The notes beneath the pieces are model-generated. The model saw only the letters and a program-made list of their open reading frames with translations. It did not search any database and was not told the DNA's origin. From positions 6,936-70,935 of the forward strand of contig RDOA01000007.1 of the NCBI GenBank assembly GCA_011364925.1: a stretch of DNA of 64,000 bases, read 5' to 3'. This document shows, piece by piece, positions 1-9,260 of this stretch; positions within the stretch are counted from its first letter, which is position 1, and every line of letters starts with the position of its first letter. Source of the stretch: Promethearchaeota archaeon. GTDB lineage: Archaea > Asgardarchaeota > Lokiarchaeia > Sigyniarchaeales > SOKP01. The position numbers were made by a program, and so were the translations under genes.

Positions 1-1524
1 AACTTGAGTTTTTGTGTGTGGAAGTTGAGCAAATTCTATGGAGTCAAAATCGTATTCTACGTCTTTTAGAAAAATTCTCGGTTTTCCCTCACTACAGTCG
101 ATCGTAATGCTTTCAAGCCCGTCTCGTTGTTTTTCCTTTATCTTTTGTATAATATCATCTGCTCCAACAATTGAAGCAATGTTTAACTCTCGAGACACGA
201 TCGCTGCGTGACAAGTTGGACCTCCTTTCTCTGTAATGACTCCCCCTAAATTTTGCATGTAAGAAGTCCAATCAGGATTAGTTTCTTCTGTGATAAGAAT
301 GTCGCCTTCTTCTAATAAGTGTGCGTCATTAATAGATTCAATGATTTTAATTTTACCGTATCCAATTCTACGACCTATAGCAGTGCCAGTATTTTCTATA
401 AAAAGTCCATCCTCAGTGAGTTTTAAAGGATCCTCTAGTAGATAAAAAATGTCTTCAGTATCCCCCTTTTGTGAATGCACTGTTTCAGGTCGAGCTTGAA
501 CAATATACACTCTACCATCATTACCTAAAGCCCATTCGATGTCCATAGGACGGGCGTAGTGTTTTCGAATCTTGATGGCGTACTCTGCTAAAATTCTTAC
601 TTCATCTTCTGTTAAGCAAAATTGTTTTTGTTTTTCTGATTCAACAGGTAAAGTAACAGTTCCCCCTTTTTCAGTATCAAAGATCATCATTTGTTCCTTT
701 TTAACCAGTTCACGACTAATTATTCTCAATTTGGGACCGTGTTTAAAAACAATAAACTCGTCTCCTTTTTCTGCTCCTTGGACAATAAGCTCTCCAAGAC
801 CAAAGGTACCACGAATCACTACTACGTTTGGATTTCCAGAATCGGGATCTTCGCTAAACATAACACCAGATGATTTAACCCCTTGTAGCCCTCCTGCAAT
901 TTCTTGGACGCCCACGCTTAACTTGACTGTAAAATGATCGAAACCAGCCCTTTCTCGATACATAGTAGCTCTCGTCGTAAAAATGGAGGCCATATCTTTA
1001 AGAATGTATTCTAAAATCTGGTTTTCTCCCGAAATATTTAAGTGTGTATCTTGCTGTCCAGCGAACGAGGCGTCTGGTAAATCTTCAGCAGTCGCAGAAC
1101 TCCTAATTGCAAAAGTACTTTCAGCTCCAATTCGATCTAATAAGATATGGTATGCTTCTAAGATTTCATCAGCCAAACTATCGGGTATTTTTGCTTGTTC
1201 AATTACGTACCGGATATCAGCGCAAAATTTATCGACTTTTTGAATCGATTTTATATCTTCATGCTTAATTTCTTCAGCAATCTTATCAATATCTCGCTTT
1301 ATATAATCTTTTAATGTTATTTCTTCATCTTTAATCCGAAAATAGTTTGTTTCCAAAATATAATCGTAAGCATTAGCTGTAACTGCAAAGCCTAAAGGCA
1401 CAGGGATTCCAAAGGAAAGAAGCTCTCCTAAAGATGCGTTCTTCCCTCCAACGATACCTACATCGTGGGATCTTACATCATCGAAGAATTTAATGTAGCG
1501 GAACCGTGGTTTCTCTTCCTCCAT
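1..1524 (-). CDS. ppsA: Phosphoenolpyruvate synthase (pyruvate, water dikinase), first ~508 codons; the 3' end runs off the window edge
   Basis: Absent from the ORF track because there is no stop in the window. Hand translation of the minus strand from ATG (1524..1522) gives MEEEKPRFRYIKFFDDVRSHDVGIVGGKNASLGELLSFGIPVPLGFAVTANAYDY... and IRSSATAEDLPDASFAGQQDTHLN. In frame at 240..181 it gives VITEKGGPTCHAAIVSRELN, the phospho-His swivel motif of PEP-utilising enzymes. Confidence 0.85.
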   Translation of the reverse strand, partial: MEEEKPRFRYIKFFDDVRSHDVGIVGGKNASLGELLSFGIPVPLGFAVTANAYDYILETNYFRIKDEEITLKDYIKRDIDKIAEEIKHEDIKSIQKVDKFCADIRYVIEQAKIPDSLADEILEAYHILLDRIGAESTFAIRSSATAEDLPDASFAGQQDTHLNISGENQILEYILKDMASIFTTRATMYRERAGFDHFTVKLSVGVQEIAGGLQGVKSSGVMFSEDPDSGNPNVVVIRGTFGLGELIVQGAEKGDEFIVFKHGPKLRIISRELVKKEQMMIFDTEKGGTVTLPVESEKQKQFCLTEDEVRILAEYAIKIRKHYARPMDIEWALGNDGRVYIVQARPETVHSQKGDTEDIFYLLEDPLKLTEDGLFIENTGTAIGRRIGYGKIKIIESINDAHLLEEGDILITEETNPDWTSYMQNLGGVITEKGGPTCHAAIVSRELNIASIVGADDIIQKIKEKQRDGLESITIDCSEGKPRIFLKDVEYDFDSIEFAQLPHTKTQV

Positions 1525-1684
1525 CGTAAACTCACGAAAAAATTATTTTTTTTCTACTTCTTTTTTAAGTTTTTTAGGCTTAATAAAATTGTTAATTTAT
1601 TTTTGAAACTATTCAAAGAATCAATATACCAGTCGTCTGGTCTTTCCACAAAAGTAAAAGATAATTAAAATTTTAGATTTTGAT
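1430..1684. repeat. Direct repeat copy A: first ~31 codons of ppsA plus ~160 bp of its upstream region
   Basis: Aligns by eye with 3361..3564, e.g. aaagaYgcgttcttYcctccaacgatacc, atttaatgtagcg, cttaataaaattgttaattt and aaagataattaaaatttt. Copy A carries an extra ~52 nt (about 1598..1650). Confidence 0.8.
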
Positions 1685-1733
1685 AAATCATATATATAGA
1701 TTTCATCATAAAGAAATAGGAATTTTTTTTCCC

Positions 1734-3293
1734 TTAAAAATAGTGTTCCTTAAGGATTAAAATTTGATTGTACAAATCATTACTTTTCAAAATTTCATAA
1801 ATATACACTTCATTTTCATAAACAAAAGGAAATGGCGCCTTAATTTCTAATGGCTTCTTTAAAATGAATTCTAAACCATATTTGTTATTATCTTCTTTAT
1901 AATTTATGTAATCTATATTCTGATAGTTTATTTTCATAAGTTTTTTAGGGAATTTTATCACAAGATTTTGAGTAGTGAAAATGTATAATGTACTATTTAT
2001 TACTTTTTTTCCCCAAACTACAAAAAAAAAAATTACACTAGCAATACACATAAAAATCGTTCCCACAGATATACATATACCTAACAAAGTAAAAAATTCA
2101 ATTGAATATAAATCACCTAAAGAATAAAGTATTATAGAACAAGGTATTAATAGAAGAGATAGTCCAATAAAAATATAGTAACCCAAAAGTTTGAATTTGG
2201 GTTTATAAAATATTAAAATCTCTTCATCTTTTTCAAGATGACTAATAACTAGTGCAAACTGAGGTAAAGTTTTATCTATTGGTTCAAAAAAGGTTGTTTG
2301 TAACTTTTTATTAACAAGACTTTCCTTCGAGTCTCTAATTGATGGTGTACTTTGAAATCGAATTTCTTTTTCAGTAGTGAGAAGATTATTTGCATTTTTC
2401 CATCTTAAATATGTTATAAAAATTCTTTCGATAATTTCAATGAATTGTGAAGAGGGACCGAATTCAAGTTCAGAGTGCAAAGATCCTGGAGAAATTTTTA
2501 TTATTCCAAACTTATAAATACCCCAATCTCCTGAATGAAGACGAATAATTGATGATCTTATGGACATAAGGATATTCTGGTTAAATTCAATTTCTAATTG
2601 ATTGGATCGAATCCTATTTTGATATAAAACTAAAGAATTTTCTCTGGATCTCAAAATCGTGGAAAGCGATAAAGAGGCAACCCCATATGTTAAAATTAGA
2701 CCAATACCCAAGGCAAAAATTATTAACCACGTTATGCTAATCAGTGAAGGGAATGTTTGAAGTGAAGTTGCAAAGAGTATTACTCCGATAATAAAGATTG
2801 GAAATCCGATTAAAGCCCATCTTCGAAATACTCTATATTTTTTGTTTATCATGGTAAGATTATTAGAAGAAAGTTGAAACTCGTAGGGAAATTCTATATT
2901 CAATTCTCGACTTTCAAAACCTCCATAGTGCCATAAAATGGATTCCACCTTAGAAATGGTGCTTAAAGCATTTGACACATTCGGGATGATCAGCAAATTT
3001 TTGGGTATTCCAAAACTTTTATCAAGATAAATGATCAGATCGCCATCGTCCTTTTTTCTTATACTTTTCCTTTTTCGCTTTAACGAAATAGCTTTAATTA
3101 ACGAATATTCAATTAAAACTAGATAGCCTTCTGGTTTACGATAAGCATATACTTTCTTGTCAGTCATTACGATATTATAAATACTACGCTCTTTATATCC
3201 AATAGCCCTATAAAGAATTGTTTCGTTCTCTTTCAAATTGACAGCAATTTGCTCAGGAATCTCTTCATTTGTTTTGTTATTTCTATTAAACAT
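1734..3293 (-). CDS. Multi-pass membrane protein with three PH-like (bPH_2/YdbT-like) modules separated by TM hairpins
   Basis: 519-aa ORF. PH-like strands: ILYRAIGYKERSIYNIVMTDKKVYAY, LVLYQNRIRSNQLEIEF and LYIFTTQNLVIKFPKKLMKINYQNIDYI. Two hydrophobic hairpins: WALIGFPIFIIGVILFATS...WLIIFALGIGLILTYGVASL and YYIFIGLSLLLIPCSIILY...LGICISVGTIFMCIASVIFFFVV. The family assignment is from pattern only. Confidence 0.4.
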   Translation of the reverse strand: MFNRNNKTNEEIPEQIAVNLKENETILYRAIGYKERSIYNIVMTDKKVYAYRKPEGYLVLIEYSLIKAISLKRKRKSIRKKDDGDLIIYLDKSFGIPKNLLIIPNVSNALSTISKVESILWHYGGFESRELNIEFPYEFQLSSNNLTMINKKYRVFRRWALIGFPIFIIGVILFATSLQTFPSLISITWLIIFALGIGLILTYGVASLSLSTILRSRENSLVLYQNRIRSNQLEIEFNQNILMSIRSSIIRLHSGDWGIYKFGIIKISPGSLHSELEFGPSSQFIEIIERIFITYLRWKNANNLLTTEKEIRFQSTPSIRDSKESLVNKKLQTTFFEPIDKTLPQFALVISHLEKDEEILIFYKPKFKLLGYYIFIGLSLLLIPCSIILYSLGDLYSIEFFTLLGICISVGTIFMCIASVIFFFVVWGKKVINSTLYIFTTQNLVIKFPKKLMKINYQNIDYINYKEDNNKYGLEFILKKPLEIKAPFPFVYENEVYIYEILKSNDLYNQILILKEHYF

Positions 3294-3353
3294 AATATTA
3301 TATCTTTCTCTTGAACTATTGTTATCTATGTTATTTATGACAATATTAATTTT

Positions 3354-3455
3354 TCAATCTAAAGACGCGTTCTTTCCTCCAACGATACCAACATCGTGAG
3401 ATCTAACATCATCAAAAAATTTAATGTAGCGAAACTTCGGTTTTTCTACTTCCAT
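3354..3455 (-). pseudogene. Truncated duplicate of the ppsA 5' end (33 codons, then TGA)
   Basis: Hand translation from ATG 3455..3453 gives MEVEKPKFRYIKFFDDVRSHDVGIVGGKNASLD*. The genuine ppsA starts MEEEKPRFRYIKFFDDVRSHDVGIVGGKNASLGE. The fragment lies 60 nt upstream of the 519-aa gene start. Confidence 0.8.
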
Positions 3456-3564
3456 CTCAAAATCACTGAAAATTAATTTTTATATTCCTTTTTTTTTAAG
3501 TTTTCGATGCTTAATAAAATTGTTAATTTGAAAAAAAAAGATAATTAAAATTTTGAATTTTGAT
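3361..3564. repeat. Direct repeat copy B of the ppsA 5' end and upstream region
   Basis: See copy A (1430..1684). Same orientation, roughly 80-90 percent identical by eye in the alignable blocks. Confidence 0.8.
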
Positions 3565-3612
3565 GTTCCGATAACTTTAACTCCTTAAAGTTGAAAGCAA
3601 ATCTCTTCTCTA

Positions 3613-3927
3613 TTAGCCTTTTATTTGTTTTTTTAATTTCACCATTATTGGGAGCATTTTAACAACTTCCATGGCAGGAGTGGATTTCATAAATCTAATA
3701 AAACCGGGTTTAGAGATTCTCCACATGTTGACATTCCTTGCAAGAGCTTCTTCGCTATCGGCTTCATCTATGCCAATACCCCAGTAATCCGAGGTGCTCA
3801 TATAAAAGGCAAGTTGTTTAACACCTTCACCAGGGAAGGCTTTTTTACTAATAAGCTCTTGAGCAATTTCAGATAATTCTGCCGGATCAAAATCAGGATT
3901 TAACTCCCAGTATGAAATAAATATCAT
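3613..3927 (-). CDS. Small conserved hypothetical protein (possibly DUF3303-like ferredoxin-fold)
   Basis: 104-aa ORF, MIFISYWELNPDF...PGEGVKQLAFYMS...EALARNVNMW. It resembles small DUF3303-type proteins only at pattern level. Confidence 0.35.
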   Translation of the reverse strand: MIFISYWELNPDFDPAELSEIAQELISKKAFPGEGVKQLAFYMSTSDYWGIGIDEADSEEALARNVNMWRISKPGFIRFMKSTPAMEVVKMLPIMVKLKKQIKG

Positions 3928-4256
3928 TTTCTTCTTCCACCTTTATGATTTAATTCATTAAAAATTTTTTTTGGGTTAGATTTCGATACGAAGTATAAAT
4001 TAATGACAAAACATTTAAATTTTACAAAAATGGTAAAAGAAAAAACCTTAATGCTTCCTTTAACTTAGGATTCACTTTATTTATTGTAAAAAAAGTCAGA
4101 AAAAAATAGCTAAAAGAGTTATTCTTATGAGATGTGAATAAAAAAAAGAGAAAAATGAAAATTAAGTGATTAAAAAATGGAGTTACAAAAATAATCAATT
4201 TCGATTTTTTAAATGTTGATTTATGCAAATTTGTACTTTATAAGTGGACAAATAAA

Positions 4257-4775
4257 TCAGTATAAATCATTGTTAAAAACTTCGTAATCTGGACTTGAAT
4301 ACAAGCAAAAAATGACTTCCTCAATTTGAGTATCCCCAGAAAGATATTCTTTCACGGTAGAAATCATTACTTTAGAGCATCTTTCGATAGGATATCCAAA
4401 AATCCCGGTTGATATTGCTGGGAACGCGATGGTCTTTAACCCATTCTGATCCATCAATTTAAGACTATTAATAACAGCGTTACGCAATTTTGTATCTTCT
4501 TTTCCTTCTCCCATACGGGGTCCAACTGCATGTATTACACGCTTTGCTTTTAAATTTCCTCCCGTAGTAATAACCGCACCACCTACGAATGTGCCTCCTA
4601 CCTTATTACATTCTTCTTGAATGTCAGGACCACCTTTTCGCCGGATTGCCCCAGCTACTCCTCCACCTAAAATTAGTTGAGCGTTCGCTGCGTTGACGAT
4701 AGCATCCGTTTCTAATTCAGTAATGTCTCCTTTAGTTAACTTGATTTTTGCGTTTCCTACAGTAATTTCTTTCAT
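4257..4775 (-). CDS. Macro domain protein (ADP-ribose binding / O-acetyl-ADP-ribose deacetylase, Af1521/YmdB-like)
   Basis: Motifs: GDITELETDAIVNAANAQLILGGGVAGAI, VIHAVGP and IAFPAISTGIFGYP. Confidence 0.9.
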   Translation of the reverse strand: MKEITVGNAKIKLTKGDITELETDAIVNAANAQLILGGGVAGAIRRKGGPDIQEECNKVGGTFVGGAVITTGGNLKAKRVIHAVGPRMGEGKEDTKLRNAVINSLKLMDQNGLKTIAFPAISTGIFGYPIERCSKVMISTVKEYLSGDTQIEEVIFCLYSSPDYEVFNNDLY

Positions 4776-4823
4776 TAAAGGTTAAACTCGTAAATTATAA
4801 TTTTAAAAAATATAGGAATTAAA

Positions 4824-5567
4824 TTATTCTGCTTGTGGTTCCTGCCCCTTTCTTAAGATTTCATCAAGCTTCGATCGATCTTCATCACTCATCTTGCTCA
4901 TCGCTTCCATATTTTGCCTCATTAAATCCATCATGACTTTCTGTGAAACCAATTGAGTCAAAACCGGTAAGGCGATTCTCATCCGAGTGAGTTCGTAAAA
5001 CATTTGCTTGGCAGTATCTCTCATATCTTTTAAATCTTCTTTAGACATCCCTTCTTCGCCTATCCCTGGACATTCGACATCAACCACGGTAAAGTTTTTA
5101 CCATCAAATTCTAAGGGATAAGTGCGACAGCTTAAAGGACGATTATCGTATACTAGACATTCACTTTTCTCTTTATTGTAGAGTGGGCATTTTACTTCTA
5201 ACAATTCTTCAATTGGGACCGTTCCAAAAGGATCTCTGGGTTTTTCTTCCTCGCCTTCTTTCTGAGGAGGAGCTAAAGGTTTCAGAACTAAGTCAATGCC
5301 ACCATCTGGTTTGTTATATATATCTAAATAAGGCATGAAATTAGCAACAACGCCGTTTCTTGCCCATAGTTCTAAATCCCAGAATGTAATTGGAATCGGA
5401 CCTCGCGTAAGGCAACATTTATCAGAACGGGTACATTTAAACGTAAATTTAGCTTTAGGTTCTTCAGATTCAGCTTTCGCTTCAGTTTCTTCTTTTGGTT
5501 GTTCTTCTTCCTCTTTAATTTCATCTTTTATTTCAGATTCTTCTTCATTTTTATTATTTTCAGTCAT
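4824..5567 (-). CDS. YkgJ-family (CxxCxxCC, UPF0153) zinc/iron-chelating domain protein with an acidic low-complexity N-terminus
   Basis: Motifs: FKCTRSDKCC...CPLYNKEKSECLVYDNRPLSCRTYPLEF...VECPGI. The N-terminal ~45 aa are E/K-rich. Confidence 0.7.
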   Translation of the reverse strand: MTENNKNEEESEIKDEIKEEEEQPKEETEAKAESEEPKAKFTFKCTRSDKCCLTRGPIPITFWDLELWARNGVVANFMPYLDIYNKPDGGIDLVLKPLAPPQKEGEEEKPRDPFGTVPIEELLEVKCPLYNKEKSECLVYDNRPLSCRTYPLEFDGKNFTVVDVECPGIGEEGMSKEDLKDMRDTAKQMFYELTRMRIALPVLTQLVSQKVMMDLMRQNMEAMSKMSDEDRSKLDEILRKGQEPQAE

Positions 5568-5792
5568 TTTGATCCAGATTTAGTATTTTGTTTTACTAAT
5601 TTAATTATTGTTTTTCAAGTTGGGTAATACAACTTTGAAAAAAAATTTTGTTTTTTTAATTGATAAATTTTTAGAATAATCTTTAACCTTTAGGGGAAGT
5701 CGCTTTATTCGATTCTTTAATACTAATATATGAAAGGTTCATTATCCTACTAAATTTACAATTTGATTTTGAATATTTTATAGATTATTTGA

Positions 5793-7040
5793 GTGAATGT
5801 TAGAATGCCCGGACCAGGAATGGATATTATTGGTAAAGAAGAAAAAGAAGCTCTCTTAGATGTTATCGAATCTGGATATATCTATCGGTATGGAGATTTC
5901 CAAAATCCTAATTTTAAAGCAAAAGTTTGGACACTAGAACAAGATTTTGCTAAATATACAAATTCGAGTTATGCTTTAGCAGTAAGTTCTGGAACAGCTG
6001 CTTTATTAACGGCCCTATGGGCGTTGAAAATAGGGCCAGGAGACGAGGTAATAGTTCCAGGCTATACTTTTATCGCTAGCATTACCTCAATTATTTTTTC
6101 AAGGGCGATACCAATTTTAGCTGAAGTAGATGAAACTTTGACCTTGGATCCAGCAGATGTGAGGAAAAAAGTTACCCCTCGTACTAAGGCTATAATGCTT
6201 GTTCACATGCTAGGAAATCCCGGGCATTTAGACGAGATCGTTAAAATTGCTGAAGAGAACGAACTTATTTTGATCGAGGATTGTGCCCAAGCTTGTGGCG
6301 CTTCTTATCATGGGAAGTCAGTAGGAACTTTCGGTCGAATGGGGACTTTCAGCTTAAACATCTATAAAACGATCACGGGGGGAGATGGAGGCATGGTAAT
6401 CACAAACGATGAGGATTTGTATAAGCGAGCGTTTGCGGTGCACGATCAAGGCCACCTTCCTTTGCGACAAGGAGTAGAACAAGGTAATAGAACCGTATTA
6501 GGAATTAATTTTCGAATGAACGAGTTTACAGCAGCTGTGGCGGGTGCTCAACTAAAAAAGTTAGACTATATCAAAAATAAGCTGAAGGAAAATAAAAAGT
6601 ATTTGAAATCAATACTTTCAACAGTAAAAGAGATTAAATTTCGGAAAATTTTAGACGAGGACGGTGATATTGGGACTTTATTAACGTTTTTTATGCCAAA
6701 TAGAGAAGGCGCTGAAACGTTAGCAGAAAAATTAGGATGTACCACAATTTCTAAGTCTGGATGGCATTATTATAATAACATGGAACACTTTCTAAATCAA
6801 AGCACAGTAACAGACGAGGGATGTCCTTTCAGTTGTCCTTATTACAAAGGAGGTCCTGTCAAATACAGTAAAGGGATGCTACCACAATCTGACGATCTTT
6901 TGAATAGAGCTATTAACATTGGTGTCGGTGTGTCTGATGTAGGTCTTGGTTCTAACTATGGTATCACGATTAATAGTTCGAAAGAAGAAATCGAAGTAAG
7001 AGGTCGTAAAATCGTAGAGTTGATTAGATCGAGTCTTTAA
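5793..7040 (+). CDS. DegT/DnrJ/EryC1/StrS-family PLP-dependent aminotransferase
   Basis: Motifs: ALAVSSGTAALLTALWALKIGPGDEVIVPGYTFIAS, DCAQACGA, and FSLNIYKTITGGDGGMV (PLP lysine context). The track start is GTG 5793; ATG 5805 is an alternative. Confidence 0.85.
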   Translation: MNVRMPGPGMDIIGKEEKEALLDVIESGYIYRYGDFQNPNFKAKVWTLEQDFAKYTNSSYALAVSSGTAALLTALWALKIGPGDEVIVPGYTFIASITSIIFSRAIPILAEVDETLTLDPADVRKKVTPRTKAIMLVHMLGNPGHLDEIVKIAEENELILIEDCAQACGASYHGKSVGTFGRMGTFSLNIYKTITGGDGGMVITNDEDLYKRAFAVHDQGHLPLRQGVEQGNRTVLGINFRMNEFTAAVAGAQLKKLDYIKNKLKENKKYLKSILSTVKEIKFRKILDEDGDIGTLLTFFMPNREGAETLAEKLGCTTISKSGWHYYNNMEHFLNQSTVTDEGCPFSCPYYKGGPVKYSKGMLPQSDDLLNRAINIGVGVSDVGLGSNYGITINSSKEEIEVRGRKIVELIRSSL

Positions 7041-7195
7041 TTAGCATATTGCCTAATCAAATTGGAAACATTTTAAAAATAAGAGCGAAAGGAATTTAAC
7101 AAATAATCTTAAATATTATTAACATTTAACAATAGCATCTAGCCATTTAGCAATTAATCATTAAACTGTCTTGTTTACGCAAGAATCTGGTTAAC

Positions 7196-8272
7196 ATGAA
7201 ATTAAATTTCTTTCATAAATATTCAGTCTGGGTCGAATTATCTGTAGTCTTAATCTTAGGATTTATCTTTAGTATTTATATAGCTATTTTTTCTCTTGAG
7301 TTGACAAGTATTTTGTTTTTAGTTTTAACGATCTTGTTATTTGTTGCTCAAGCATTTATATTACTGGGTTTTTCGAAAGGAAAACTTGAGAAAAAGAAGA
7401 AATTTGGACTTATCCTTTATCACTCGTTAAATCTGCTGTTCATTGATGTTATAGGTTATTCAATTCCCTTAATGGAATCAAATTATAACTTTAATGCTGG
7501 AGTCGTCATGGTTCCGTTAATTTTAATTTTAGGTTTAATTATAACAGACAAATATGATAAGGACATCAAAAATATCCATTATGTGAGTAAACCGGACGAA
7601 GATAAGGAAAGAAATAAGCCAGTTATTGAATTTAATGAAAAAAAGTACATTTTCTCCACTAATTCGTTAATTATATTAGCCATCGGTACTCCTCTACTTG
7701 CCATTGGAATATATTTCTTTTTTGATAATAAAGCTCAATATTGGTTACACGAAATCGTGGTAAAACAAACAGTTTACTTTCTCAATCTCTTGTTCAATAT
7801 GGATGTTTCAGCAAGTTATTTTCCCGTAGGAAAATATTATTGGAGTTTCAAGTTTCTGAGTGGTAATATTAATGGTGATCCATTAGGAAGCATTTATTTT
7901 GAGACTTTCTGTACTGGGATTCAAGCTATCTGTGTTTTCGCCGGTATTATAATATGCACTCCTCATTCTCAGGACAAAAACACAAATAGAGATATTATTT
8001 GGAGAAAAGCAAAAGCTTTAGTCGTTTCATCGTTTATCTTTTATGTAGTAAACATCATTCGGATGATAATTCAAATCGAATTATATTATCTCGGTTACCC
8101 TTGGGAAAGTATCCACGTTTCTATTAGCGCTGCAAGCTCGTTTATTGCAGCCATAATTATTTTACTGCTTCATAAGTGGATTCCTGAGTTCATAATTAGC
8201 ATCATTTACATCGGCACATTAATTAATAGAAAATTTAAAAAACTAAAGAATCCAAAAAAAGGTTTAATTTAA
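7196..8272 (+). CDS. Exosortase/archaeosortase-family integral membrane protein (putative archaeosortase)
   Basis: Polytopic membrane ORF. The C-terminal half shows the family Cys/Arg/His pattern: FETFCTGIQAICVFAG, then FYVVNIIRMIIQ, then ESIHVSISAAS. Confidence 0.55.
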   Translation: MKLNFFHKYSVWVELSVVLILGFIFSIYIAIFSLELTSILFLVLTILLFVAQAFILLGFSKGKLEKKKKFGLILYHSLNLLFIDVIGYSIPLMESNYNFNAGVVMVPLILILGLIITDKYDKDIKNIHYVSKPDEDKERNKPVIEFNEKKYIFSTNSLIILAIGTPLLAIGIYFFFDNKAQYWLHEIVVKQTVYFLNLLFNMDVSASYFPVGKYYWSFKFLSGNINGDPLGSIYFETFCTGIQAICVFAGIIICTPHSQDKNTNRDIIWRKAKALVVSSFIFYVVNIIRMIIQIELYYLGYPWESIHVSISAASSFIAAIIILLLHKWIPEFIISIIYIGTLINRKFKKLKNPKKGLI

Positions 8273-8297
8273 AGAAATTTGAGTTCTTATAATCGAA

Positions 8298-9089
8298 TTA
8301 TTGTTCATGTCTTAATCTAACTAATTTCTTATCTACAAATTCTTTAAATCTTTTCTCTCTCTTAAGATCGATCTCATCAAACTCAATCCCAAAACCGGGT
8401 TTTATTATTTTATGAAGGATGAAAGGTATTGCTACGATTGATAAGAGATACAATCCCAAGATTGTGTAGAAGATTAAGTTGTAATTAGCATAATCTAAAT
8501 TGCCATATGGAATAATGTAATCAATATAATAATTAACCGTCTTATTAAGGACAACAGAACCCATCTGAAAGAGATAGGTAACTAGACCTGTTGAATTACA
8601 TACACCGTCTTTTCCAAGGCTAATACCTGTTGTGAATTTTAAAGATTCACGAGGCGGATTATAATATCCTGCATCGTGTTCCATTGCTTGTTTGTTTTGA
8701 TAGTGTATTAGAATTCTGTAAACGAATCCTATCGGTACTACATTCTCACTTGTTATCATGGAAACGGTGGTAGTTACATAATATCCATACGTTACATCCC
8801 TTTGACCACTAACTATATCTACATCAGAGAATTCTGTCAGTTGAAGGTTAAGTCGTACATCAATACCTACAGTTTCATTTCCATAAGCATTAGTTAATAT
8901 TTTTTCGTTATGGTATGTACCTATCCCGAATGCCGACATAGCACCAGAAATGTTATACCAAAATGGAATGTAGGGAAGTAACATTAAAACTGCGAAGAGT
9001 GTGGTTACAATGTAAATTCGATTTCGAGTCTTAATCTTTTTATTCAATCTTCTAATAATTTCTTTTGAACTCTCAGTCAAATTTATCAT
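8298..9089 (-). CDS. Hypothetical membrane protein (N- and C-terminal TM helices, beta-rich middle)
   Basis: 263-aa ORF. TM helices are IYIVTTLFAVLMLLPYIPFW and LIFYTILGLYLLSIVAIPFIL. No recognisable motif. Confidence 0.55.
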   Translation of the reverse strand: MINLTESSKEIIRRLNKKIKTRNRIYIVTTLFAVLMLLPYIPFWYNISGAMSAFGIGTYHNEKILTNAYGNETVGIDVRLNLQLTEFSDVDIVSGQRDVTYGYYVTTTVSMITSENVVPIGFVYRILIHYQNKQAMEHDAGYYNPPRESLKFTTGISLGKDGVCNSTGLVTYLFQMGSVVLNKTVNYYIDYIIPYGNLDYANYNLIFYTILGLYLLSIVAIPFILHKIIKPGFGIEFDEIDLKREKRFKEFVDKKLVRLRHEQ

Positions 9090-9260
9090 ACGCTTATCTT
9101 TATTAATAAGAAATATTTATAGTAAACTTTTAAACTTAATTTTTATGAAAAAAGTTGCTTTAAAATAATCACGAATTTTTTATAACTCAAATAATTAGAG
9201 CTAAATATGTGATGTGCTTAAGCAAATATATTAATACTTCAAATTTTCTAAAGGATTATT

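Noticed and set aside
572-1668. Plus-strand ORFs 572..937, 691..873, 983..1243 and 1465..1668
   Set aside because: They lie antisense to, or at the edge of, the strongly conserved ppsA reading frame (minus strand). Their translations are low-complexity with no motifs.
4022-4228. 68-aa minus-strand ORF rich in F/L/K
   Set aside because: It sits in an AT-rich intergenic spacer. Its composition is what poly-A/T DNA gives when translated, and it has no start context or motif.
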